Below the pieces are notes generated by a model, which did not search any database, had not been told where the DNA came from, and saw nothing but the letters and a program-made list of their open reading frames with translations. The translations under genes and the position numbers were made by a program. A stretch of 64,000 bases of DNA. Source: Eledone cirrhosa (Eukaryota). Positions 41,254 to 54,778 of the stretch are shown here, piece by piece (positions within the stretch are counted from its first letter, which is position 1; the number at the start of each line of letters is the position of its first letter). The DNA lies in the NCBI GenBank assembly GCA_964016885.1, contig OZ024743.1:44826001-44890000 (forward strand). The letters run 5' to 3'.

Positions 41254-41391
41254 CTGGTTCAATCGGGGGTAACCACAGTAAATAATGTACTCAATACATT
41301 AATAGAGAGTATACAACAAATTTAATTTAGAAATGGCTTCTACAGGTCTAGAACTGTTTCATTCGAAGGAAATCATCAGGAAAGCCCTGTA
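41254..41391 (-). mobile_element. pLTR fragment with HHR-like motif at 41341-41391
   Basis: tacagggctttc-CTGATGA-tttccttcgaat-GAAA-cagttcta-gacctgta. Homologous to 31039-31175. Confidence 0.72.
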
Positions 41392-41561
41392 TATATATAT
41401 ATATATATATATAACCAAAGATTAGTATGGTTCGTTGAATACTCGATGAATACAATTTTACAATAGATTAGAAGCTCACAACAGTTAAAAGGTTTCCTGG
41501 AGTTTTTAATATTATTCAAAATATTAACAAATAAAAAATATTCTCATAATCAAAATATATA

Positions 41562-41623
41562 CTTTATTATATATATTTCAGAGGTACTGTGTTGTTTTTT
41601 CAGTACATCCTCATCAGACAAAA
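41562..41623 (-). ncRNA. Type I hammerhead ribozyme (inverted copy)
   Basis: Reverse complement of 41982-42043. Confidence 0.85.
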
Positions 41624-41981
41624 TGTATGATTTGATATATGACATACCGCTACGGTCTTGATTGTTCAATTCCAGTATTGGCAGTGATTTATTTCATCAA
41701 ATCTCACTGTTTATATACCACAAATAATATGATAAACTTAAAGAAGAAAATGACGTTGAGCAAATTAGAGATATGAGAGAGGTGTAAATAATAATTTTTT
41801 CTTGCCTTTCTTCTTCTTTACACCTCTCTCATATCTCTAATTTGCTCAACGTCCTTTTCTTCTTTAAGTTTATCATATTATCTGTGGTATATAAACAGTG
41901 AGATTTGATGAAATAAATCACTGCCAATACTGGAATTGAACAATCAAGACCGTAGCGGTATGTCATATATCAAATCATACA

Positions 41982-42043
41982 TTTTGTCTGATGAGGATGT
42001 ACTGAAAAAACAACACAGTACCTCTGAAATATATATAATAAAG
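41982..42043 (+). ncRNA. Type I hammerhead ribozyme
   Basis: ttttgt-CTGATGA-ggatgtactg[aaaaaacaaca]cagtacctct-GAAA-tatataTA-ataaag. Confidence 0.85.
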
Positions 42044-42089
42044 TATATATTTTGATTATGAGAATATTTTTCATTTGTTAATATTTTGA

Positions 42090-42199
<110 letters not shown>

Positions 42200-42553
42200 A
42201 TAAGAAAGAAATTGAAATATATATGTAAATGTATTAAACCCAAGATTTTTGATTGTCTTATATTTTGTATCTCGGCTCTGTAATACATTTGATAATTTAC
42301 ATTGAGCCTTTTCTGTTACCGATAATTGGCTAGTGCTTAGTACTACACTCCATATTTATAATTATATATAAACCATATATAAGTATAAATATTATTATTA
42401 TTACTATATATATATATATATAACCTGAGGGTTCGATTTAAGTGTGGGGGAATTGGGCTAAAAAGGCAATTTTGAAAATAATAATCTATGAATTGAAATA
42501 TGTCTAATTCGTTTAGTACCCTGCTGTTAGGAAACATAACGATTTGAAGAATA

Positions 42554-42619
<66 letters not shown>

Positions 42620-43597
42620 CATATATATCTTAATATAAACATTATTAATGTGTATATAATTTATAAATATACCTTAGTGTATATATCATTTTCCAGACAA
42701 TTTCCTGAAGTAGACGGGTAAATGTGTTTTTAACGGGAAAATGTTGTGATATTTTGTATAACAGAGTGATAGTAAATAGATTTATTTTTTACCAGAGCTT
42801 AAGATCAGAACTCTAAAATAATGAGATTAGACTTTGTGACGCTCATATCATTCTTAACGACATTGGACATTTGACATCAAATAGGAAATTGGAATGAACT
42901 TGTAGTTCGCTCCATTGTAAAATTATATCTTACACTACAGTGCCCACCATACACTATAAGCATAATCTATTTGGTTCTTTCACCTTTCAAAATGATTCTA
43001 TATTTTAAACCCTTTGTTACCATAACGACGCAGCGTATGCTTTTCAATATTTTTGTTATTAAGAACTTGAATTGGTATAGTAAAACATATTAACTTTCTC
43101 ATTTTTAAGATGGAACAAAATTTAACAAAAGTTGATACATAGAAAACTGGTGGAAGATGTTTTAGAAAACTATGAACGCTTTAAAATAAACATTCTTAAA
43201 TCAACGAAATAGGGAGAGATTCGCATGTTTTGGTATATAAACAACCTGCTATTTATGTCAATAAATCAACGTGCCCTTTCACTATTTAATCATAGCAACG
43301 GTTAATGTAATTGAGAGTTCGGCATGTAACAATCTTATATCTATTTTCAATTCACTTGTGTTTGGATGAAGTAAATAAAAATCGAAGCAAGGCCACACTC
43401 TTTTTATTTCGCTTGTCGTGTACCCTATTTTTGTGAAAACAATCCATTGTACCGAAAGCAAAACACATTCTGACAATTGTGTACTTTTAATCACACGCTC
43501 TTTCGCCTGAAATAAATTCTAGTGCATTTCTTGAGATGGAACTCGCAAAACAATAGGATGTGTTTAAAAATATATGTATATACAAATATATATATAT

Positions 43598-43629
<32 letters not shown>

Positions 43630-43658
43630 GTATATATGTATATATATATATATATGTA

Positions 43659-43760
<102 letters not shown>

Positions 43761-44642
43761 AAGGAGACAGAGAGAGAGAAAGAGAGAGGGAGGGATATAT
43801 ATATAGAGAGAGAGAAAGAGAGAGAGGGAGAGAGAGAGGGCGAGGGGGGAGGGACATATATATATACATGTGTATATATATATGCGTCTGGTGTTTGAGT
43901 GTGTATGTGAATCAATATCGAAAGTAATTTTAGCCATTATTGGAAGAAACAAAAGAACGCAGGCGTGCAGGTTTACAGAGATAAGAAACTAGACAGACAA
44001 CGTACGATTTTTATATCAAAAGGTAATACAACAAATATATACACAATACAGAGACAACACACAAACACAAACAAATTCACAAACAAACTCACAAACACAC
44101 AAACACACACACACACACACACAAACACACAAATACATAAACACACACAAACACACACACACACAAACACACAAACACACACAAATACACAAACACACAC
44201 GAACGCACAAACACATAAACACACACACACAAACACACAAACACACAAATACATAAACACACACAGACATACACACACATGCACAGACACAAACAATCAA
44301 AGCCACACGCACACACACACACACATACACACAAACACACTCATACACACACAAACACACACACATATCTACACGCATATATGTGGAACAGCCAAGTTGT
44401 TCACAAGGAAAAATAATTACGAAAATACATCAATGTTATAATCAAAATTGATACTACTTTCATTACGGAAATGTGGAAATGAAATGTGAAAACAATACTT
44501 CTGTTCTTGTAACAACAAATAATACTTAGTTATGGAAGTATATTTGTGATCGCAAATACTTTCCGCCTTCACCTTTGTTGTTCATATTTGACATACATTA
44601 CATACAGAGCGTTAACTAGGCAATATTAAGCTACATTGAAGA

Positions 44643-44643
44643 A

Positions 44644-44676
<33 letters not shown>
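44643..44676. repeat. (TAA)n tract at the 3' end of Tx1-like copy A
   Basis: About 11 AAT units. Confidence 0.95.
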
Positions 44677-44678
<2 letters not shown>

Positions 44679-44929
44679 TTTCTTTATTAACCACAAGGGT
44701 TTACATAAAGTAGACATTAAGGACAGTACAGGACAATACAGGGCGGTAACAAATGGGCATTTCTGCGTGTAAAAAAGCAAGAAACAGAGGATGTAATATT
44801 AGAAAAATGAAAAAATTCCCCAATAGGGGGGAGACTTCCGAGGGACATTGGTGGAGAAAGCCCATTAAAAAGCCACAGTGATCCTGACCACCAGGGAAAG
44901 TGCCCTCTCCCAGTTTTCCACCTTTAATT

Positions 44930-47735
44930 TACAGACACATACCCTGATTTTCCTTTTCAAATGAAATTTGAAAAAGTTAATCAGGGCATCACCAAAGAGG
45001 TAAGTGCTCGTTTTCAGCCCTTTCAAACGTGTTCACTATACTATCTCTTTCGCCATGGCCACCAGACAGATAAAAACTGCCTGCCCTTCGCGGCTAAAGG
45101 AAGAGGGCGGGGCAATCCTCACGATGGACTCAGCTGATAGCTGGATCCGTTCCACACGCGACAGCAGGTGTTCGACATAAACCCACAAGTCAGCAATGCT
45201 CTGACACTGGACGAGTGCGTGCAGGACGGTTTCGTCGCCCTGCGCGCATCTCGGACATGCCCGGCTGACGGCACCTCCATGCCTGTAGAGTTTATCCCGA
45301 ACTGGCAAAGCGCAGTCAGGCGGGGCTTGGGACAAGGTACGACGGTCAGGCGGTAGTAGATGACGGACGCGATATACGCATTAGCCACCTCCGCTCGACC
45401 TTTCAGGGATAGCTTCCTCTCGGCCCTTTTCTGGGTGAGAAAAGCCACCCTGCTCGTCACCTCGTCCCAGCTTTTGTCCGTCTGGAGATCCGGACCGAAC
45501 CAGACCCCGAGCAATTTAACTGATCCGTCCAGCACCCGACGACGCTGTTGGACGGCATGGACCTGCCTCTCCAAGTTCCGAGCTGCAGGCCCACTCACTT
45601 TTCCTGGTTGATCATTGCACCTGTCACCGCTTCGTATTCTCTTTGTGTAGTGCCGATCGCCTCGATGTGTTTGGCGTTCGACACCACTACGGTGACATCG
45701 TCCGCGTATGCTGACACGGATCTTCCGCATCCTAGTTCACGCGGGACCCCTCTCAGCGTCTCTAGTTTGTGCAGTAATGGCTCGAGTGTCAAAGAGAGAC
45801 GAGAGGGGACATCCTTGGCGGACCGAGCGCATGATGTTGAACGGTTCCGAAAGGTGACCGTTCAGTCTCACCACAGAGCAGATGTCGCTGTGCATGGCAG
45901 CGATCCAGCCTCTGAAGACGGGCCCAAAGCCAGCCGCCCTCAGGACTGCCGCTAGGTAACGATGGTCGACCCTATCGAAAGCTTTCGACTGATCTAAATT
46001 GATCAAGGACCCACCCGTATCAGGTTCCCTAGCTACCCTCTCTACGATGTATCGCATGAGGTGGAGGTTATTGTTGATGGATCTGTCGGGAATGGCGCAA
46101 GTCTGCGCCTCTCCCACCAGACCACCAACGACAAGCGCCAACCTCTTTACTAGCACCTTGGCCAAATCTTGAACTCTGTGTTTAGCAGAGTTAAGGGCCT
46201 GAAATTATCTATTTTATCCCCCTTGTTTGGATCCTTTCTCAGCAGCGCCACAGCTCCTCGGGTCACAGAACTGGGAATTCTCCCGTTCTGTTGCCAGTTG
46301 CAATAGACGTCCGCCAAGAGGCCTCCGAACAAGTCTGGCATCTGTAAGTAAAGTTCATAGGCAGACCATCCAAATCAGGCGATTTACCCCTTGTGTAGCC
46401 AGTCATTGCCTCCCGTACTTCAGCGGCTGTTATCGGCTTTTCGCAACACTCCGCCTCAGTGGCCGAGAGCCGCGGCAGTCGGTCGAGGTAGACACTAAAG
46501 TTCATCCCTCGATCCGGCCCGCCGCTGCCCCCGAACAGCTGTGCGAAGTGTCGCTGAAAAGCTTCACACATTTGCCCGGGATCGAGTAGCATGCGCCCGT
46601 CATGGTCCACTAAAGACCGGGTCGTGGCTTTGTTGGCACGACGCGTCTCCGCCACTCGGGCCGATTGAACGGCTTTCATCCCCTCGTGTCTGTGAGCACG
46701 CACCCTAGCTCTGACAACGCAGCCTTCGTGCTTTGCATTGAAGAATTGGTCAAGGGCCAATTTCGCCGCAAGTACGTCGGTCGCGATGTCTTTGCTAAGC
46801 GCCTCGTCTAATTTTCTAACTAATTCTCTCTCTGCTCTATTTTTCTCTATTGCTAAAGCCTTACTAAACCTAATGGACTCTATTCTAATTGCTCTTTTCA
46901 GAGCAAACCACCACTTGTTGTTGACGGTGGCCCCCGTCAACGCCCGCTTAACTAGTTCGCTAATCCGGTCTCTGTAGGCCTTGCGCGCTGGTAAGGACGC
47001 GTTTAGCTTCCAGTAGCCGGGTCCTCGTCTATGAAGCACACCGATCACGAATTTGTGGTCCGTATAGCTGACTATCTTGAATTGTTGACAGCCTATGCTA
47101 GACCTATCTATTTCCCTACAAAATACTCTATCTAGATATGATCTGGATGACCCTATGCGATTTGTCCAATTCCATATTGGCACATTCAGGAAATCCAATC
47201 TGTACCTGTCAGACAGTTCAAAACGCCTGAGCAAGTTGATGAGGCTCTTGCACCCTTCTCCCCTATCCGCTGATCCCACACAATCCCAGAGTGTATCTAA
47301 GATCCCGTTCCAGTCGCCCACTATCACTAAAGAGCGGGACATTCCAAGAAAGGTCTCCAGACGCCGGAAGAAATCAGGCCGCCATGCTCCTGTCGGGGCA
47401 TAGACGGCCACTAGTCTGAAAGCTTGCCCTTCTCCGATGGTCACGTCTAGCACCACCAACTTACCTTCTGGGTCCAGGAAGATGGCCCGTATGCCGAGAT
47501 CCAAACTTCTCCGAAAAAGCACAGCAACTTCTCCCCCCGATCCAGGACGGCTGGGAGATGCGTACACATCGTAGCCGCCGAAAGACGGTGCGAAGGCCCG
47601 TGCTTCGGAGATTCTGGTCTCGCTGATGGCCACTACATCTATGTTTAGTGACCTGAGGTCGTTGAGCAGGTGGCCCTGCTTCCATGACGACCCCAAGCCA
47701 CGCGCATTTATGTTGCCTATTCTGAGTGAGGTCAT
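44930..47735 (-). pseudogene. ORF2 (APE endonuclease + RT), frameshifted and internally deleted
   Basis: NINARGL, AISET, VYAP, GDWN, YLDRVF, TDHK (APE); KSPDLDG, FRPLTLLN, LDQSKAFDRV, RQGCPLS, AYADD (RT); CPRCAQGDETVLHALVQC. Confidence 0.92.
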
Positions 47736-47739
47736 GTTG

Positions 47740-49856
47740 AAATGGAGTGGAAAAGATGGGAAAGACGACTTACCTTACTTCTCGTTGAGGAAGGATGGTT
47801 TCTCCACCCTTTTCATTGATCGTCTGGTGAAGGGACCGTTGAATCGTCCCTTCGGCTGGTCGTCGGCTTTTCTATGAGTATGTCCGAATATACTCTCCGG
47901 TTGAGAGTCCCTCCTAGGTCTCTGAAATCATCAACTGCGTTGGGGAATTTCGTTTTAATGTTTGTGTATTGTTTCTGTGCTATTTTTACCAGTCTTATGT
48001 TCGTTGGCGTTTTGATTGGTGCTGGTATTATGTAGTCGTGCTGTGAAATGTTTGTGTTCAATTATATAAGTCATTAGTTTCTTGTTGTGTGTATTTATTG
48101 CCGTGCATTTGTTTTTCTGGGGGTGGTGTGTGGTTCTGCTATTTTCTTGTCGTTGTTGCTGGGTGTGTGTATTTTGTTGTTGTGTTTGCGATGTTGGTGC
48201 TTGTGGTGGTGGTGTTGAAGGTGTTGTTGTTGTTGGTGGTGGGGTTGTCGCCGGTGGTGATGGTGGTGTTAGTGTGGATGGTGATGATGTTGGTAGTGTT
48301 GCTGCTGTGAGTCTCTTTGCAGTAGCCTTTACCCTTTTTTCATTTCTTTCCTCCCTTTTCGAAGGCGACGATGCGCTGCTTCTGCGTTTGTGCCTTCTTA
48401 CGACCTTTTGCCATCCCTCTCCCACCTCACACTCCATGTTTGATTCTGTGAGGTCGGGTAGGGGTACCAGCCCCACTCTTTCACTTGTTGTTGTTGGTGA
48501 TGTTTGCAGTGGAGTCTCTGTTGCAGCTGCATTTGGTATTACTGTTGTTGTTGTTAATACTTCCACTGCTGCTGCTGTTCTTGATTTCCGTGGCGTGGGT
48601 ATGGGTGCCACAGACCTATCGTTCCTGGTTGCCGCTTGTCCTGTTGCTGGTAGCCGTGGAGCCGGTTTCGGAAGGAGTGGTTTTTGTTTTCTCCTTTCTC
48701 AGGGTCTTCTCGTTGCAGAAGGCCCTGAGGTGAGTCTTCGATCCACAGTGAAAGCATTTCGGGCGTTTGCCCTCAACACTTATGGGCAGTTGAGTGCCGT
48801 TATCGAAGTCTATCACATCTGGGATAGCTTCGATGCACTCCTGGCTGGTTTGGATTAACATCTCAATGGATGTGACGACCCAATCTTCTCTTACTTGTTT
48901 CTGTACTTGCAGTACAGTTGTTTTGTCCTCGATTCCGACGAGGACAGACGCGGCCAGCCAAGGAGGGGCCATCCCGGGTTGACGTGGGTCAGTTTGACCC
49001 TCACAATTTTTTGCCCGCAGTAGGAGGGCACCAACAACATTTCCTCGCTCCTTAGGGTCACTAAGGATTGCGCCTTTGCCTCCTGGGGTGTGGCAAAAAG
49101 CACGTCTACGGTGGCATATTTCTTGCCTCGGGTGATATGCGTTTTCCGCTGACACACAGACCCTAAGGCTTTTTGTATTTGAGCCTCTGTGTCTCTTTCA
49201 ACCCTACGGGATTTTGTGCTTACTGTACGGTACGTGACAGTACAGTGCTGTTGGGTTTCGAAAAACTTTTCGGCTGCCTTGCAGATTGCTCCGTGTCCGG
49301 TTTTCATTACCATCTTCTTCGCTTCCTGTAATTCCTCATTTGTTATGAGTATGGTTTCCAGGTTCTTTGCGATACCTGCAAACGAGATTGGTTTTTCTTT
49401 GCTACTGTTACATTTGTTGTTGCTGCAGGTACTACGACTACTGCCGCCGCCGCTGTTGCTGTGGTTGTTGTTGTTGTTGCTACTGCTGCTGTTGTTGTTG
49501 CTGTTGCTGCTAATGCTGTTGTTGTTTATGCTGCTGCTGATGCTGTTGTTGTGTATGCTGCTGCTGATGCTGTTGCGGCTGCTACTGTTGTTTTCCTTTT
49601 CATTGTTGCTGCTGCTGCTATTATTCATGACGTCAGACGAATGAAATGGGTTTTCGTATTTCCCGCACCCCTTTTTCGCCGTTGTCGTCGTCGTCGTGGA
49701 GAAATGTTGCACGCTTTGCACGTGATTTTTCTTTACTGGCGTCGCTTGCGAAAGAGAAGGGAGGGAGAGAGACAATCTTCTCTCTGCTGTAGTGACGATT
49801 GGGGAAGAAGACGGAATGAGTGGGAGTGACCTATGAAAATTATTTTTCGTAGCCAT
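47740..49856 (-). pseudogene. ORF1 (gag-like, zinc knuckle), frameshifted
   Basis: Asn/Ser-rich N-terminus, SFAG motif, CFHCGSKTHLRAFC (CX2CX4HX4C), GWQKVVRR. Confidence 0.85.
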
Positions 49857-49948
49857 GTTTTTTTGTTTTTTTTTAATAAATAAAATAAATATAGCGGTCA
49901 AAATTTACAAAACGTTACAGAGCCGAGCCTCCGTCAACCATAGCATTC

Positions 49949-49989
<41 letters not shown>

Positions 49990-50002
49990 TAATAATAATA
50001 AT
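49949..50002. repeat. (TAA)n tract between Tx1-like A and Dong-like A
   Basis: About 17 AAT units. Confidence 0.95.
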
Positions 50003-50130
50003 CGCTCCCGTAAGTTTTGAATTTTTAACATATTTAAATCTTTTGTGAAATAACAACTCTTAGTACAAATGCTACGTAAAGCACCCGGCTTGAGCCCCAA
50101 AAAATTCGGACCCAAAATATATTGTTATAA

Positions 50131-50786
50131 GGCTCAAATATTCAAATATTCAACCTTGTTTTGTACACTGTATATCCAAAAAAAAAAAAAAAAAAAAAAT
50201 GGCTATAAATGGAAGAAGAAGAACCCCCCCCCCCTCCTCTCCTCTGGCTACACTATATAGGACAGCTAAACTCACCAACACCAGAAACTAGATACACCAC
50301 CCACCCCATCATCTGTGTACACTAAACACAACAGCATTTTCACCTTCACCGCCACCGCTCACTACGGCCATCATTACCACCACTATCCCATCACCGCCGC
50401 CACCACCCCTTGACTCCTTCACTGCTGCTGCCACCGCTACAGCACCATCACTACAGTAATACGGCTCAAATATTCAAATATTCAACTTTGTATTGTACAC
50501 TGTATATCCCAAAAAAATAAAATGGCTATAAATGGAAGAAGAAGAACCCCCCCCCCCTCCTCTCCTCTGGCTACACTATATAGGACAGCTAAACTCACCA
50601 ACACCAGAAACTAGATACACCACCCACCCCATCATCTGTGTACACTAAACACAACAGCATTTTCACCTTCACCGCCACCGCTCACTACGGCCATCATTAC
50701 CACCACTATCCCATCACCGCCGCCACCACCCCTTGACTCCTTCACTGCTGCTGCCACCGCTACAGCACCATCACTACAGTAATACG
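50131..50786 (+). repeat. ~332-bp near-perfect tandem duplication
   Basis: ggctcaaatattcaaatattcaac..cactacagtaatac at 50131 and 50463. Confidence 0.92.
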
Positions 50787-50985
50787 GTCGCATCACCGCC
50801 ACCACTGCCTCGGAATCGACATCACCACCACCACTTTCTCAGTATCGCCAACGCCGCCAGTCTCTGCTGGCTGCCACTTCCACATTATAGAAGTCCTACT
50901 ACTAACAAAGAGGAAGGCATCAAAATATATAGATAGACTCAAAAGAAAAAAGAAAAAACAAACAACAAAACCAAAGCAACACAGC

Positions 50986-51018
<33 letters not shown>

Positions 51019-51384
51019 CGAGAAAAACGAACAGAGAAAAAACAAAAACAAAAAAAGAAACCCCAAAGACGTAAAGACAATAAGAATGAAGAGAGAAGCA
51101 GGCGGACGGACAGAGAAGAGGGGGGAAAAAGTAAAACTTAAAAAACAAAAACTAAGTCAGACATTCGAATACTACATTACAATGAAACTTATGCTTATTC
51201 ATTTTTGGGGCCCTTTCTGCCCGTGTGTTTGTTTGTTTATGTGTGTCCGTATACAGCGTGGTGATAATGCCACACAAGGGCGAAGTGGGATGGCGGATCC
51301 ACAGATGGCTATGTAAACATACGTTCGCCAATCCTCGATAAGAGTGTTTAAATATCGAACATAAACAGTTCGAATAACGGTGAA

Positions 51385-54300
51385 ATGGAGACTAGAACGT
51401 CATGTGACAGACTCTCACCCAACAGGTGCCCCCTGGCTCAGCAGCAGGAACCTGACTGTCAACCAAATACTGCTGATGTTGGAGGAAGAAGAAGAAGGAA
51501 AGGGGCCAGAACCAACTGGACGAAAGAATTGAATAGAACTGTTATGCAATGCTACCTGAAAAGTAACCCCAAGGAGAGGGGCTACAGGAGACGGATGCAT
51601 AACATCTGGAACGAGATTGGTTTATTTAAATTAGATGAACAAAAATTGGCCGGGCAGGCTCGGGTAATAAGAACTAATGGGTGGATAAGCGAGCTGGAAC
51701 TGGAGGAACTGAGCAGAGAGAATGGCTTGGAGATGGCGGGTGTAGTATGCCAGACAAGCGAGCCGGCGGGAAATGAAGGTGAGGAGGTCCTGAGAACGGA
51801 GGAACCACCCGAAGCAGACAATGATCTGAATACTGAGATAAATAATACCTGGAACAGAGATACGGCCACTGAGGAGATGAATGCTGACGGGCTAGGACAA
51901 GATTCGGTTGACATCCTAAATTTAGTGGTAGATGAGTTGAACAATGATAGTGGGAGACCTATGAACCTAAGATTTGTAGACAGGAAAAAGATAAAAGAAA
52001 CAACAGCTAAGGTAAACAAAGTCATCCCATACCTTGAGGCAAGGAGTCTTCACCAGTGCAACAATATCCTCAAAGCAACAGCAAATACGGTGAGGAAACT
52101 ACTTGGTATAAAAGCGAGAGGAAACAACAGACAAGAAAGAGCAGAGCCGTGGTGGAAGAAGCGACTGAGTGGGCAAATCGGGGAAATGAGAAATGACATA
52201 GGAAAGCTTGAGTCACTACTGAATGGGACACTAAAAAACATAGGCACTAAAAATAGACTGGAAATAAAATACAAAACTAGGAGTAAAAAGCTAAATATTA
52301 TCATAGAGGAATTGAAGCAACGCATTGTAGCAAAGAGTGCAAAAATCAGGCGATACGAGAACAGAGTCAGTCAGTATAAACAGAACCGCATGTTCGACAA
52401 CAGGGTGGATTGAGACAGTACAGAGGGAGATCGGTGAGCAGGCACAACAACAGACTGATTTGAGTATCACAGTTGAAACTCTTAAGGGGCAAGCCAAAAA
52501 ACTAACCAACTGGAAATCACCAGGCCCAGATGGTGTGCAGGGGTATTGGATTAAACATTTAACATCCCTCCACCCGAAGCTGACGGCCATGTTCAATGAC
52601 TGCTTGGTGTCGGGTGAGGTGCCAGAGTGGTTGACAAAAGGTACCACAGTTCTGATAATGAAAGACCGAAGCAAGGGTAATGATGTTACCAACTATAGAC
52701 CTATCACATGTCTGCCCGTAATGTGGAAACTGTTGACGAGCATTGTGTCTGAGGAAATCTACCATCACCTCCACACAAACAACTTGTTACCGGACGAACA
52801 GAAAGGATGCCGAAAGAAGTCACGTGGTACAAAGGACCAGTTGCTTATTGATAAGATGGTAATGGGGAATTGCAGGAGGAGACACACTGATCTTGCCATG
52901 GGATGGATAGACTACAGAAAGGCATTTGACATGGTGCCTCATTCCTGGATCACCAAAAGCCTGGAGATCTTCAGGGTGGCAGATAACATCAGACAGTTGC
53001 TGGGCAGGAGTATGGGGTCCTGGGAGACAGAGTTGACATCAACTGGAGTATCCTTGGGAAGCGTGAAGATCAAGAGAGGTATCTTCCAGGGAGATAGCCT
53101 GTCCCCTCTGTTGTTTGTCCTTGCCCTGATGCCCTTGACCATTATGCTGCGAAAAGTGAGAGCAGGATACAAGTTGGGAAGGGGAGAGCTTACCATCAAT
53201 CACCTCCTCTTCATGGACGATCTTAAGCTCTTCGGGAAAAGTGAGAAGGAGTTGGATGTGCTTGTTGACACTGTCCGTATTTTCAGCAGTGATATATGTA
53301 TGCAGTTTGGTATTGGTAAATGTGGAGTCATTGTGATGAGGAGGGGTAGGTTGAGCAGAAGTAACGGGATCCAGATACCAACAGGTGAGATGATAAAGGA
53401 AATTGACTCTGAGGAAGGATACAAGTATTTGGGCGTTCTGGAGGCTGATGGCATAAAGAACAAAAAAATGAAGGAATTGTTAAGAACTGAATACATTCGG
53501 AGAGTAAGGAGCGTATTGAAGTCACATCTGAACAGCAGAAATGCCATAAGCGCAGTAAATTCCCGAGCTGTGTCTATTATTAGGTACAGTGCGGGAATTC
53601 TGAGATGGAATGTTGCTGAACAAAGAGAAATGGATAGGAAGACTAGGAAGCTATTGACTATCTACAACATGTTCCACAAGAGGAGTGATGTCGATAGACT
53701 CTACCTAAGGAGATCTGAGGGTGGAAGAGGTCTTATCAGCATAGAGGACTGTGTTCAGATGGAGAAAAACAACCTATACAAATACGTGACCTATAGTAAG
53801 GAGCCAATGCTCAGAGCTGTACTGAAGGAGGGGACAGTAGGCCAGGGGATATCCAAGGAGGAAATAACATCAAGGAGGAAGAGCAGCCTTAAGGGAAAAT
53901 CCCTTCATAGTACCTTCTTTGAGAAAACTGAATTTAGAGATCCACAAACATGGAACTGGTTGAGAAGAGGAGACCTCAAAAAGGCTACAGAAGGAATGCT
54001 AATGGCTGCGCAGGAGCAGGCCCTCAAAACGAAGTGGTTGAAGCACCATATCTACAAGGAGGAGGCTAGCCCACTGTGCAGGATCTGTGGAGAGAGAGAG
54101 GAGACTGTGGCCCACATTGTGTCCGAGTGTAAACACCTAGCCCAGACCCACTATAAGGGCTGGAGACACGATGTGATGGGCAGGGTGATCCACTGGCACC
54201 TGTGCAAAGTAAACAATCTACCACATTCTGAGAAATGGTATGAGCATAGGCCAGAGGCGGTGATGGAGAACAGTCAGGTGAAGGTGCTGTGGGATTTTAG

Positions 54301-54649
54301 GATACAGACGGACAAAAAACTGGAACACAATAGACCTGACCTGGTGGTTGTGGACAAAGAAAAAAGATCGTGCCTGATTGTGGATGTGGCCTGCCCGTTC
54401 GACACGAGAGTGCAAGAGAAGGAGAGGGAGAAAATTAACCGATACCAGGACCTAAAGTGGGAGGTGAAAAGGATTTGGAACTGCCATGAAGTCAAAGTGA
54501 TCCCGATTGTCATAGGCGCACTGGGGACTATCTCCAAAGGTTTCCAGGGATGGTTAAAGAAAATCGGTCCCTTCACGCTTTTTGGAACGCTTCAAAAGGC
54601 ATGCTTGCTTGGAACGGCAAGAACCCTCCGATACGTCCTGAATATCTGA
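51385..54649 (+). pseudogene. R4/Dong ORF: N-terminal domain, RT, CCHC finger, restriction-like endonuclease; one deletion/frameshift near 52402
   Basis: [97 protein letters not shown]. The downstream ~750 aa are open. Confidence 0.93.
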
Positions 54650-54723
54650 GGCTGCAGGTAGTGGCTTGATATTCAATCCAACGGACTTTCCAGTTAACCA
54701 ACATCAATGACTGAGATTCAAGG

Positions 54724-54735
54724 AATAACAATAAC

Positions 54736-54777
<42 letters not shown>
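54724..54777. repeat. (TAA)n tract between Dong-like A and B
   Basis: About 18 AAT/AAC units. Confidence 0.95.

Positions 54778-54778
<1 letters not shown>

Larger units (their letters stand above)
44677..49949 (-). mobile_element. Tx1/L1-like non-LTR retrotransposon, copy A (both ends present, degenerate)
   Basis: ORF1 with a zinc knuckle and ORF2 with APE + RT + C-terminal CCHC. (TAA)n at both ends. Confidence 0.92.
50003..54723 (+). mobile_element. R4/Dong-like RLE non-LTR retrotransposon, copy A (near full length; 5' boundary uncertain)
   Basis: Single ORF broken once, short 3' UTR, (TAA)n on both sides. (TAA)n is the established Dong target. Confidence 0.88.

Noticed and set aside
43282-43510. 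Minus-strand 70-aa ORF with an upstream tttcag acceptor
   Set aside because: No recognisable protein motif or supporting exons, so it is compatible with chance.
52337-54649. Programmed frameshift or separate functional ORF2 in the Dong-like element
   Set aside because: Copy B has extra sequence at this point (55741 onward), so the break near 52402 is a deletion.
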